From contig NC_086097.1 in NCBI RefSeq assembly GCF_963921235.1, forward strand, positions 169,696,001-169,760,000: a stretch of 64,000 nt of DNA. The letters are read 5' to 3'. The number at the start of each line of letters is the position of its first letter. Position 1 is the first letter of the stretch. Shown piece by piece: positions 25,215-37,936 of this stretch. This DNA is from Mobula hypostoma. Lineage: Eukaryota. Under the pieces are notes generated by a model. It did no database searches. It worked only from the letters and a program-made list of their open reading frames with translations, and was not told the DNA's origin. A program made the translations under genes and the position numbers.

Positions 25215-25860
25215 AAAGCTCAAAGTTAGATTTATTATCAAAGTATATATATGTTACCATATACTTCCCTGAGATTCATTTTCTTGTGGGCATTTACAGG
25301 AAAAAACACAACAGAACTTTATGAAGAACTTTTCATGAACAACCAGAGCACAAAAGACAAGCTGTGTAAATAAAATTAATATTGATAACCAGTTGTAAAG
25401 AGTCCTTGAAAGTGAGACTGTAGGTCATATAATCAGTTCAGAGTGGTGGTGTATAACCCAAGGCTTCTGTGATGGTAGTACCAGCAGAGGGCATAGCCTT
25501 GCTGGTGGGCATCTTTGACGATGGATACTGCTTTCTCATGGCAGTACTCCATGTAAGTGTACTCAGCAGTGAGGAGGACTTTGCCAGTGATAAAGACTGG
25601 GCTGTTTTACCACCTCTTTCTGTAGCCTTGTCCATTCCTCAGCATAACAAACTGTTTCACAACCAATTAGGGTACTCTTTAATGTGCATTTATAGAAGTT
25701 GTCAAAGTCTTTGGTGACATGCTGTATCTATGCAAACCTCTAAAACTGTGTTGCCTTCTTTGTGAAGACTGGTTCTAGGACAGATCCTCTGATATGTTAA
25801 CATCAAGGAATTTAAAGCTACTGACACTCTCTATCTCCATTCCTCTAATGAGGACTGGTT
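25215..25860 (-). mobile_element. Rex1/Babar-like LINE 3' fragment
   Basis: Tail aaagttagatttattatcaaagta...gagattcattttcttg...gagtccttgaaagtgag is shared with copies at 12815-13120 and 40330-40580. Confidence 0.65.
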
Positions 25861-26199
25861 CATTTGGCACCAAAGTCCTAGTTAAACATTTAATTTTGTT
25901 TGAACTCGCATTTTCAGCAAATTGTAGGACATGTTTTGTTTTCAAGGTAGAGATCTACTGGAAGAACTTTGGAGGTAGGGGTGGGAAGAAGGCACCGCCG
26001 ACTTTCCGAGTCGAAATGCTATCTCAGGACCTTGAAAAGGTTCTTCCAGCAGACTGTCTGCTGCTCTAGATTACAGCATCTGCAGAATCTTGTATTCCCT
26101 CTGGGCTTTATAACCTGATTGCTTCAATGGTCTCCATCACCACGACCCCTTCATTCAATTTAATTACTTTAAATTCCTCCGACTGAAGATGAATGAAGG

Positions 26200-26780
26200 A
26201 GGTCGGTATTTGGGCAGAGAAGCTCAGACTGCAGCCTCTTGCCACCTCGGGAGGGGACGTACCACCCCTACCCTGGGTCCCCTTTAAAAGCCCTTCAAAG
26301 GCCGCAGCCTCAGTGCTACAGACATCGCATACCTCGGGCCTTCTCCTCCTATTTTGGCACTACCGCCTGACCACAAGCAGCTTCCCCCCCTCCCCCTTCC
26401 CCACTGCTAATTAACGCCACCTCACCTTCCAAGGGACAGTTTTTCTTGTTATTTTGTTGGCTTTCCCCCACAACCGCCTGTCTTCCACTCTACACACTGG
26501 CAAGCAGGCTTACCGTTAACCACCGCGCATGTGCCGGCTGTGAGCAACGGAACTCTGGTTATTGTAGTCTTCTCACCAGGGAGGCTGCCAGATTGGCTGT
26601 AAGCGGACTGCAAGTCCCAGAATGCACCGCGCCTGCTTTAATCACTTGTCCCCAGCTTTCATTGACCGGGTGCATGTGCTTGCGGGATGGTGGGGAGATG
26701 TATCGCGGACCGTACGAGAAGGCAATGGGGAGGGCGGAACTCACGGAGTTAAAACAGTCTCATTCTCCGGCTAAAACTAA
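26200..26780 (-). promoter_or_regulatory. GC/CpG-rich region, probable FAM210A-like promoter and non-coding first exon
   Basis: Local CpG enrichment 3 kb upstream of the first coding exon. NRF1-like gcgcatgtgc at 26525-26534, GC box ggagggcgga near 26730, and minus-strand donor-like sites (AG|gtatgc near 26330, AG|gtgagg near 26425, CG|gtaagc near 26510). Confidence 0.55.
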
Positions 26781-27309
26781 ACGAAAAAAAGGTTTAAGAG
26801 AGACTGCAGATACTGGAAATCTGGAGAAAAAAACAAAAATTCTGGAGGAACTCAGTAGGTCAGGCACCATCAATGAAGGAACAGTTGGGCCGAGACCTTC
26901 TATCGGGATTGGAAAGGAAGAGCATAGAAGCTAAACTAAAGGAGGGGGTGGGTAGGGAGAAAGAGTTGGTAGGAGTCAGGTGAATCCAGGTGAAAGGCTG
27001 ATTTGGAGCCGTTTGGCAATGCAATGGTAGTTTACGTAGGCGAGTTTTGGACTAGCGAGTCATTGCAGACATTTAAATGTTTATGTGTGATACCTGTTCT
27101 AGACCTGGAATTTTGTTGTAATGTAGTTGAATTCGATCCAAAAATCTGGGATCGTCCAAATGTTTATTTCCATGTACCCATGCTTGCTGATATGCAGTGG
27201 GTCCTAGTTCAAAATTTTGATCTTTGAATCTTCAGTCATTTTATAACTCCTTCTCGCCCATTCTCAGTAATCTCTTCAGCTTCACAACCTTTCATAACGT
27301 GGTTAGCCA

Positions 27310-27855
27310 CATCTCAGGGAATCTATCCTGGATCCAACATATTGATGTAATCATGAGAAGGCACGCCATTGGTTAGGAATTCGAGGAGATTTGGTACATC
27401 ACTAAAGACTAGCAAATTTCTACAGAGGTATTATGGAGAGCATTCTGACTGGATGTATCATTGCCTGGTGGAGCCTCCAATGAACAAGTTGACAAGAGGC
27501 TGCCGAGTTGTAGGCTCAGAGGCATAACCCTCCCTACTGTCGAGGACATCTTAAAAAGGTGGTTCCTCGAGAAGATGGCATTCATCATTAAGAACCCTTA
27601 CCATCTGGAATATGCCCTTTTCCAATTATTACCATCAGGGAAGAAGTACAGGAGCATGAAGATGGACGCTTAATATTTTAGGAACAGCTTCTTTCCTCCG
27701 CCATCAAATATCTGAACGGTCTATAAACACTATCTCATTATTCCTTTTTTGCACTATTTGTTTTATTTCTTATTATAATTCATAATGTTTTATGTCTTGC
27801 ACTGTACTGCTGCCACAAAACAAATGTCAGTGACAATGTACTTGATTCTGATGTT
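27310..27855 (+). mobile_element. Rex1/Babar-like LINE 3' fragment
   Basis: IIKNPYHLEYALFQLLPSGKKYRSMK motif and the tail ttgcactgtactgctgccacaaaac...gattctgat. Confidence 0.75.
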
Positions 27856-28632
27856 TATGAGTCCTTGTCATTTGATCATCTTAAATTTCTATTCCTTCAA
27901 CTGCCATAGATCTTAATAGAATTACTATTACTTAAAAACTTGTGGATCGTCTCTTCTAATTTATAAGTTCCCATCTGAGCAACTGTTGTGGTTGATGTAC
28001 CATCCAATGTAAGGTTATATAATACACTTGCTGCAATTATAAAAATAAGTAATATATTCCTGAATGGTTTTGCATAAGTAGTTTGTTATATTGGAAATTG
28101 AATGATTCATTTTAAATTGTATGAGGAGGCTTGAATGGTAATTTGAGATGAGCTAAATTGAACTGAACAGTGTTTCCATCTACTTAAATTTAATTCCAGA
28201 TGCCTCAACAGAACAAACTTAATTGCTAAAAGGTAATTTTAAGTATTTATTGAATATTAACTGCTCTGTCATTTTGTGATCATCATGGAAAATGGCAAGG
28301 TTAAAATTAGGTTTGAACGTTTTAACTAGATTACTGAATAATACTAAGTGATTTACTCAATGGTTGCTTATGTAATTACCCTGAATATGATGTGGAACTA
28401 TTCCAACTAGAACAGTCAATGTATTAGGTTGTAAATTAATTTTCAAAGCTTTAGAAATTGTAGAAAATAAAGATTTCCAAAAAGATTTCAATGTGAGACA
28501 TGACCAGAACATGTGTGACAGACTAGCTACTTCATTTTTACACCTATCACAATAATTGTCTATATTAGGAAATATATTAGAAGTTCAATGCTTTTTGATA
28601 TTTGTCTCAGGGATTCATTTTGCATTAAATTT

Positions 28633-29742
28633 ATAGAACATAGAACAGTACAGCACAGTACTGGCCCTTCGGCCCACAATGTTGTGCCGACCCTTAAACC
28701 CTACCTCCCATATGACCCCCCCACCTTAAATTCCTCCATAAACCTGTCTAGCAGTCTCTTAAATTTCACTAGTGTATCTGCCTCCACCACTGACTCAGGC
28801 AGTGCATTCCATGCACCAACCACTCTCTGAGTTAAAAACCTTCCTCTAATATCCCCCTTGAACTTCCCACCCCTTACCTTAAAGCCATGTCCTCTTCTAT
28901 TGAGCAGTGGTGCCCTGCGGAAGAGGTGCTGGCTGTCCACTCTATCTATTCCTCTTAATATCTTGTATACCTCTATCATGTCTCCTCTCATCCTCCTTCT
29001 CTCCAAAGAGTAAAGCCCTAGCTCCCTTAATCTCTGATCATAATGCATACTCTCTAAACCAGGCGGCATCCTGGTAAATCGCTTCAGTACCCTTTCCAAT
29101 GCTTCCACATCCTTCCTATAGTGAGGCAACCAGAACTGGACATGGTACTCCAAGTGTGGCCGAACCAGTGTTTTATAGAGCTGCATCATTACCCCGCGAC
29201 TCTTAAACTCTATCCCTCAAGTTATGAAAGCTAACGCCCCATAAGCTTTCTTAACTACCCTATCGACCTGTGAGGCAACTTTCAGGGATCTGTGGACGTG
29301 TACCCCCAGACCCCTCTACCAAGTATCCTGCCATTTATTTTGTACTCTGCCTTGGAGTTTGTCCTTCCAAAGTGTACCACCTCACACTTCTCTGGGTTGA
29401 ACTCCATCTGCCACTTCTCAGCCCACTTCTGCATCCTATCAATGTCCCTCTGCAATCTTCGACAATCCTCTACACTATCCATAACACCACCAACCTTTGT
29501 GTCGTCTGCAAACATGCCAACCCACCCTTCTACCCCCACAGCCAGGTTGTTAATAAAAATCACAAAAAGTAGAGGTCCCAGAACCGATCCTTGTGGGACA
29601 CCACTAGTCACATCCCTCCAATCTGAATGTACTCCCTCCACCACAACCCTCTGCTTTCTGCAGGCAAGCCAATTCTGAATCCACCTGGCCAAACTTGCCT
29701 GGATCCCATGCCTTCTGACTTTCTGAATAAGCCTATCATGTG
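28633..29742 (-). mobile_element. CR1 LINE 3' end (RT C-terminal part and 3' UTR)
   Basis: SGVPQGSVLGPLLFVIFINNL, FADDTK and LYKTLVRPHLEYHVQFW. The 3' end is a (ttctatg)-type repeat at about 28633-28645. Confidence 0.93.
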
Positions 29743-31109
29743 GATTTAAGCTTCCTTACTATTGTTTGTGAACATTGGATTGAATTATTACAGGAAAAAT
29801 ATTTAAGGTAAAATTTTATCTGATAAATTTAGACCACTTTAATATTTGTAATCTCAATGAGCTGTGAAGAGTGGGATGATACTCCACAACTCTGGAGAGC
29901 TTCTGGCAGGGTGTCAATGGACATTGATTTATTGTTTCTATATACAGTACTTGGAAGTTTTAAGATCTTAAAATGATAAACTGGTATAAAATAATAAAAA
30001 GATAAACTGCAATAACATTTAAATAAAATAAGATTCAGGATGATTTCATTTTTAATGTTACTGTACTTCAAAAAGTGATCTTGTGTCGGCTTAATGTGTC
30101 CTTTTGCCTTTCTCCTTACCTTCCATCGTTCGTTATCAGAATCAAGTTTATTATCACCATCATGTCTCCTGAAATTTGTTATCTTACAAGCAGCAGCAGT
30201 TCAATGCAATAATAATATAGAAGAAAGAAAAAAAAGATAAAATAATAATACCAATAAATAATTAAGTTATTGGGGCACCGTCATGACGGTGTTTCCGTAG
30301 CAAGCTGTTCTTGTTTTTATGAGGCCACGTTGCTAGCTCGACGCTCGTACGTACATTGAATAGATTAAAAATCATACAAAAAAACTAATATATATTTAAA
30401 AAGTGAAGTAGTGTTCAGGGGTTCAATGTCCATTTAGGAATCAGATGGCAGAGGGGAAGAAGCTGTTCCTGAATTGCTGAGTGTGTGCCTTCAGGCTTCT
30501 GTACCTCCTTCCTGATGGCAACAGTAAGAAAAGGGCATGCCCTGGGTGCTGGAGGTCCTTAATAATGTTTCTTGTCTTCTGGCCTTTCCCTTTTGTTCTT
30601 TCTACCCCCCTCCTCCCAGATATCAATGGCACTCTGTATGTGGGGGAAAAAACACTTCCCCTCAGATCTCCTTCCTGTCATCTTAAACCTATGTCCAGTT
30701 GTTTGTGGTATAAATAAATGACTTGGATGAAAATGTAGATGTGTGTGTTAATAAGTCTGCATATGGCACAAAGATTGATTACATTGAATACATTTACATG
30801 AAGCACTGCCACAAGAAAGCAGCATCCATCACCCAAGCCATGTCCTCTTGCTACGACCATCAGATGAGAGGTACAGAAGCCTCAGGTCCCACCAGACTCA
30901 CTTTCAAGGATTCTTTAGAGCTCAAGTTCTCAGTATTTTTTAAATTTGTGCAATTTGTTTTCCTTTGCACATTAGTTGTTAGTCTCTTTATATATAGTTT
31001 TTCATAAATCTATTGTGTTTCTTTTCTTTCCCATAAATGCCTGCAAGTAAATGAATCCTAAGGTAGTATGCAATAACATACAAGTACTTTGATAATACTT
31101 TTACTTTGA

Positions 31110-31800
31110 ACTTTGATGGAGTTGTTGATAGGGTAATGGGTGGTACAGATATTGACAGAGAAATGGCAGATGAAAATTTACCTGAGCATGTATGAGGTGT
31201 TGCACGTTGACAGGCCAATTGCGAGGGGAAAGTTTGTATGCAGCTATTGTTATAGCCCTCAACAGCAATGAGGTACATATGATATTTGAAAGTGGCCACC
31301 CAAGGTGATAGGATGGTAAATATGGCATGATTGCCTTCATTGATTATGCCGCAGCCATATCAAACTTCAGTGAGCCTGCATTTGGAGTATAATGCGCAAT
31401 TCAGGTCACCCCATTACAGGAAGAATGTGGAAGCCTGGGAAAGGCGACAGAAGAGGTTTACCAGGCTGCTTCCTGGATTAGAGAATGTTAGCTATAAGGA
31501 GAGGTTGAATGAACTTGCATTGTTTTCTCTGGACTGGCAGAAGCTGATGGAAGGCGTGATAGAAATTTGTAAAATTATTAGGCATAGACAGGATAGACTG
31601 AATCCTTTCGCAGTGTATGATTGTCAAATACTTAACAACATGCGTTTAAGGTGAAAAGGAGAAAGTTTTTTACATGTGGAAGGTGGGTGCCTAGAATGCG
31701 CTGCTAGGAGTTGTGGTGAAGACAGATATAGTAGTGAAGTTTAACGACCTTTTAGATAAGACGTGTGAACATGCAGAAATATGGATCATGTGTTGGTAAA
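31110..31800 (+). mobile_element. Degenerate CR1 3' fragment
   Basis: HLEYNAQFRSPHYRKNVEAWERRQKRFTRLLPGLE. Confidence 0.75.
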
Positions 31801-31889
31801 AGAGGTTTATTTTAACTTCTTGTATTTTTTCAAAATTAAACTTTATATACAATAAAAATATATACGAAGGAACAAACAGTGCATTCACA

Positions 31890-32225
31890 GTTGTCCAGGT
31901 GACTTACCTAACTTCAGACTTTCCTGTTTCTCAAGTATCTTCCCCCTCGTTATGGTAACTTCACACACTTCATGACCCCTGACAGCTGGAACTTCCACCA
32001 TACTGCTAGTGTCTTCCACAGTAAAGACTGACACAAAATATTTATTCAGTTCATCTGCCATTTCGTTGCTCCCCACTATTACCTCTCCAGTAGTGTTTTC
32101 TAGTGGTCCGATATCCACTCTTGTCTGTCTTTTGCATGTTATGTATCTGAAGAAACTGTTGTTATCCTCCTTTATATTACTGGCTAGCTTACTTCTGTAT
32201 TCCATCTTTGCCTTCTTAATGATTT
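31890..32225 (-). mobile_element. CR1 ORF2 internal fragment
   Basis: KMEYRSKLASNIKEDNNSFFRY...MADELNKYFVSVFTVED...KSPG. Confidence 0.8.
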
Positions 32226-33369
32226 TTTTTCCATAACCTTGTGGATCTTCTTTGGGTGCTCTGATATCCTTTGCACATTCCAAAGACGTATGGGTTAGCA
32301 AGTTGTTGGTGCCATAAACGTGGGTTGCCCTCAGAACATCTTTGGTTTGTGTAGGCCATTGATGCAAATGACACATTTCACTGTATGTTTTGATGTACAT
32401 GTGACAAATCTTTAATCTTTCGTCCATGTCTTTGTGTACACGTGGTCAAGCTACACTGTCTGCATTCCTAATGCCTTACTGAGCTCTGTTATAACAAGTT
32501 AAGTCAAATTTCTTATCATATGCACAATGGGGGTGAGGAAGAGGTACAAGGAAAATCTTGCTTGCAGCAGCACCACCGGCATGTTGATTTGGACAGTGCA
32601 GAATATAAATTATACAAGATTATAAATTATATTAGTGCAAACAAAAATACACAACCAGAGACACATCCATCGCAGTGCAAGAGGTGGCGTGTAGATTTTC
32701 GTTTCTGAGGTAGGTTAGGGTTGTACAGGTCAGTTTAAGAACTTGATTGCTGTAGAAAAGCAGTTGCTCCTGAACCTAGTGACGTAGGACTTGAGGCTTC
32801 TGTATCTCCTGTCTGATCAAAGCAGTGAGAAGAGGGCATGACCCAGATGGTAGGATCCTTGCTGCCCTCTTGAGGTAGTACCTCCTGTATACGTTGTGCC
32901 CATGTTGGGCCACAACTCTCCGCAACCTCTTGTGTTTTTGTGAGTTACAATTGCTGTACTAAGCTATGATGCAACCAGTCAGGATGCTTTCAACTGTGCA
33001 TCTGTAGAAATTTGTTAGAGTATTTGGCAACAAGCCTAATCCTCTTTAACCTTTTAAGAAATTAAAATGCTGGCCCATCTCCTTAGTAATTACAGCTATA
33101 TGTTGGTCCCAGGACAGGTAATCTAAGAAGTTAATGTTAAGGAATTTGAAGCTGATAATTCCAGGGAGACAGGATGCTTTTTATGCCTTCTTGAAAGAAT
33201 GTAAAAAGACTCATTCATGGGGATTCCTGGTTTAAGGCTTCTCAAACGGTCAAAAGCTGCTTAGGAAAAGATGCATCTAGGAAGATGTAAAGCACAGTCT
33301 CTCTGTAGGGAGCATGGGCAGGCCAAGATTAAATACCAGAAGGAATTCACAGCAATTCAATTAATCACC

Positions 33370-36300
33370 CCATCATAGTGCAATCACTCGAATCGAGTAA
33401 GATGTTCTGCTGGAGGTTGTCTATTGGAGAGTGCTCAGGTGGCTGTCGAGGCTGGTCTGGAATCCACATTTTCTGGTGCAGTGTAGACAGAAGTAAAGTC
33501 GTTTGGTTGTTTGTTTGCTCCTTTCGCAGCTGCCTCTTGTTCTCTGCAGCATAGTGAAAGTCACTTTCATGTAGCGCAGCTCGCTCTTGAACAAGCTTCT
33601 TCCAGGCACATCTATAGAGTGCAATGTCTTCCCAGTTTTTAGACGTAGTGTTGGATTTTTTTCAGGTTGATGACATCTTTGAAGCATTTCCTTTGCCTGC
33701 CAGGGGCTGGCTCACCATCCTTCAACTGGGAGTGAAGGTTCTGTTTGGGGAGATGTGAGTTAGGCATCTGTATGACATGACTTATCCATCAGAGTTGGTG
33801 TTGCTTTATCATGGTGGAACTGTTATTCACACTGGCCTCCTCCAGTACGCTGGTGTTAGTGTGTCTGTCCTTCCAGCTGATCCTCATAATCTTCTGCAAG
33901 GTTCTTTGATGATATTCTTCCAGGGCTTCCAGGTTTCTATTGTAGGTGGTCTATGATATAGCTTCATAAAGCAATGCAGGAAGGACAACTGCTCTACAGA
34001 CCAAAAGTTCTGTTTGGGACTGTAAGGCGCAATCTTCAAAGACTCTTTTCCTTAAGCTTGCATAGGCTCCACTAGCACAACTCAGGTGGTGGATGATCTC
34101 TGCATCGATGTCTGTCTTTGCTGCCAAGATAGGGAAAGTGGTTTATCATGATGGAAATACCATTCACGTCGGCCTCCTCCAGTACACTGGTGTTAGTGTG
34201 GCTGTCCTTCCATTTGATCCTCAAAATCTTTTGTAAGATTCTTTGACAATATTGTTCCAGGGCTTCCAGCTGTTTATCATAAAACAAGGATTTGTATGCC
34301 TTGGCAAAGTCATTCAGGATAAATTGGAGGGCTTCTTCAGACTGTACTATGATGCTGCTGCAATTTGCATACTAAAGTTGCACGATAGTGGTTGTGCTGA
34401 CCTTGTTCTTTGCTTTGAACTAGTTTGAGTTGAAAAGCCCATTGTCCATTCTAGACACAATTGGGATTCCCTGTGGCAAGTCTTAGCCAATGAGGTGAAG
34501 GATGTTAGCAATAATGCAGCCCTGTTCAACCCCTGTCTTGACAGTGAAAGGTCCTGATTCAGCATCACTGTTGCTGAGTACTGTGGCTGACATGTCATCA
34601 TGCAGTAGCCTCAGTGTTCATAAGTACTTGTCCATAAGACCATAAGATATAGGAGCAGAATTAACCCATTTGGCCCATTGAATCTGCTCCATCATAGCCC
34701 CAATTCTCCTTGCATCCCTTCATGCTTGACCAAATCTATCAACCTCTACTTTAAATATACACAAAGTCTTGGCCTCCACAGCTGCCTGTGGCAAAGAATT
34801 CCACATTTACCACTCTCTGGCTAAAGAAATTCTTCCTCATCTCCATTCTAAAAGGACCCCCCCTCCTATTTTGTCCCCTCTTGTCTTAGACTCTCCCACC
34901 ATAGGAAACATCCTTTCCACATTCACTCTACCAAGGCCTTTCACCATTTGATAGGTATCAATGAAGTTACCCCTCATTCTTCTGAATTCTATTGAATAAA
35001 GGCTCAGAGCCATCAAATTCTCTTCATTTGACAAATTGTTCAATCCTGTAATCATTTTTGTGAACCTCCTTTGAATCCTCTTTAGTTTCAGCACATCCTT
35101 TCTAAGATAAGAGGCCCAAACCTGCTCACAATACTCCGTGAGACCTCACCAGTGGTTTATAAAATTTCAACATTACATCCTTGCTTTTATGTTCTAGTCC
35201 TCCTGAAATGAATGCCAGCATTGCATTTGCCTGCCTCACCACAGATTCAACCTGCAAATTAACTTTTAGGGAATCCTGTACACAGACTCCAAGTGCCTTT
35301 GCACCTCAGTTTTTTGTATTTTCCTTCTATTTAAAAAATAGTCAACCCTTTTATTTCTTCTACCAAAGTGCATGACCATTTACTTCCCGACACTGTATTC
35401 CACTTGCCATTTCTTTGCCCATCCCCCTAATCTGTCTAGGTCCTTCTGTAGCCTCTCCACTTCCTCAAAACTACCTGCCCCTCTACCTATCTTCATATCA
35501 CCTGCAAACTTTGCAACAAAGCCATCTATTCCAACATCCAAATCATTGACACATAACGTGAAAAGAATTGGTCCCAACACAGACTTCTGTGGATCGCCAC
35601 TAGTCACTGGTAGCCAGACAGAAAAGGCTCCTTTTATTCCCACTCTTTGCCTCCTGGCAATCAGCCACTGCTTGATCCATGCTGGAATCTTTCCTGTAAT
35701 ACCATGGGCTTGTTGCTTGTTAAGCAGTCTCTTGTGTGCCACCTTGTCGAAGGTATTAGGTACCCAACATCAACCGATTCTCCTTTGTCTATCCTTTTTG
35801 TTATTTCTTCAAAGAATTTCAACAGATTTGTCAGGCAAAATTTTCCCTTTAGTAAACCATGCTGTCTAAGGCCAATTTTACCACGTGCCTCCAAGTACCC
35901 TGAAATCTCATCCTTAACAATCGACTCCAACCACTGAGGTCAGACTGACTAACTGGCCTATAATTTCCTTTCTTCAGCCTCTCTCCCTTCTTGAAGAGTG
36001 GAGTGGCATTTGCAATTTTCTAATCTTGCTGAACCATTCCAGAATCTAGTGATTCTTGAAAGATCATTACTAATGCCTCCACAATCTCTTCATCTACCTC
36101 TTTCAGAACTCTGGTGTGTATACCATCTGGTCCAGGTGATTTATCTATTTTCAGACCTTTTAGTTTCCTATGAACCTTCTCTCTAGTTATGGTGACTTCA
36201 AACACTTCATGACCCCTGACACCTGGACACTATGTCAGGATAGCCATGTCTTGATAGAGAGCCAGAGAGCTTGGCAGTCTACTGTATCAAATGCCATTGC

Positions 36301-37600
36301 CAAATCTATTAAAGGCAAGTACAAGGATTGCCTTTGTTCACGGCGTATTTCCTGTAATTTGCAGATTATCGCTGTGGTACCTCTAAATGGACAGAAACCA
36401 TATTGTGATTCGGGGAAAACTTCATCAAGACGCAGAAGGAGTTGGTTGACAAGGATACATGCAAGGACTTTGCCTGTTGTTGACAGAAGGAAGACACCTT
36501 TGTAACTGCCACAGTTTGACTTGCTTTGCTTCTTGAATATGGTCACTATTACAGCATCCCTGAGCTCTTAGGGCAGTTGTTCCTTTTCCCAGACCTTCAG
36601 AAGCAAGGCATGTGTGTGGTGCAGGAGTGCTAGTCCACATGTAAGGATCTCTACTGGGATCCTGTCAGGACCAGATACTTTGTTGCTTTTTAGGCTCCTG
36701 ATGGCATCATGGACCTCTTTCAGGCTTTCCTTTTCCTGGAGATGAGTTGTCCTATCTCCATGTTGTTGCCAACTAACCAATCTTGATGTTTTTGCAGGTG
36801 TTATGGTTGGTGGATTTAAGCAGACCCAAATGTTCTTCGGTATCCTCCGGATATTCCTGTTGGAGATTCACCCCCAAACAGGGCCAGAAGGTGCTGTTGG
36901 ATGGCAGGGTCAAGCAGGCTCTCGAGTTTTAGTGATGGCCTGGACCGCTTCTTATGAATCCTCCTCTTTTACATGAATCTGATAGATGTGGTGGAGTGGA
37001 TCAGGCGATGATCTGTCCAGCAGTCATCTGTGCCCTTATGATATTCATATCACAGTGGTCCCTAGCTTAAACTATAACATAGTCAATGTGATACCACTGT
37101 TTAGATTGGGAGTGCTGCCAAACTGTTTTTCTGGCAGAAGAGAATGCTCGTAACGGTTAAGATTGTGCTCAGCATACATAGTGAGAAACGGTCCTCCAAT
37201 TGAATTGATGTTGCCCATAACTTCCTTTCCTATGGTACTCTTCCAAAGGTTGAAGTCCTGACTGATCTTGGCATTGAAGTCCCTTAAGAGAATTGTCTTA
37301 TCCCCTTGGGGATGCTCGACAGTGTGGCATCTAGGCAAGCGTAGAAGGCCACTTTTTCATCCTCAAGTGAGTCAAGAGTTGGTGCATAAGCACTCATGAT
37401 GGTTGCCATCTGGTTGTTGGCAATCACCAAACAGATGATCATGAGACATTCACTGATCCCCATGAAAGTCAACTAAGGGAGGAGAAGAGTGATTACACCT
37501 TCTTCAGGAAAGGGAAAGCAACTGACAAGCCCAGGATCCATGGGTGTTGGGTTTGCAATAAAAGCCATCCTATCAAGATCACCTGACTCACCTGTGGGTG
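33370..37600 (-). mobile_element. Degenerate RTE-clade LINE, split by a CR1 insertion
   Basis: Endonuclease MSAYAPTLDSLEDEKVAFY and DFNAKI (37070-37470). RT KVSGPDRIP, LLSTTGKVLA, FPESQYGF, DLAMAFDTV (36235-36780). C-terminal LEQYCQRILQKILRIKWKD and a CxxC at about 33470-33490. Confidence 0.85.
34633..36232 (-). mobile_element. CR1 LINE, 5'-truncated, nested in RTE
   Basis: KSPGPDGIHTRVLKE, QHGLLKGKFCLTNLL, SGDPQKSVLGP and FAGDMK. The 3' end cataagaccataagatatagg lies at 34633. Confidence 0.9.
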
Positions 37601-37719
37601 TGGGGATCCCACAATGGATTTAGCAGACCTGTTGAACTGTGGTCGAAGCTAGTTATCCTCGACTCTTAAAAGGCTTGCATATGAAATAAGATGTGACTAA
37701 AAATACAAAGCATTTTACA

Positions 37720-37936
37720 TAGCACATCAGGCAGCATCTATCGAGGGAAAATAAGCAGTTGCTATTTCATGCCAGGCCCTTCATAGCCCCAATCAGTCCT
37801 GATGAAGGGTCTCAGCTCCAAATGTTGACTATTTATTCCTCTCTGACCCTGCCTGAAATGCGGAGTTCCTCCAGCATTTTGTGTGTGTGTTGCTCAAGAT
37901 TTCTAACATCTACAGAATCTCTTGTGTTTACATAAG
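37720..37936. mobile_element. Older fold-back Penelope-derived element, 10-bp TSD
   Basis: gcattttaca at 37710-37719 and 37937-37946. Motif agtcctgatgaagggtctcagctccaaatgttgact has GAAA decayed. Confidence 0.7.

Noticed and set aside
26446..26934. 162-aa ORF in the GC-rich region
   Set aside because: Non-ATG start, no recognisable domain, runs into a Penelope-derived repeat. Expected by chance in GC-rich DNA.
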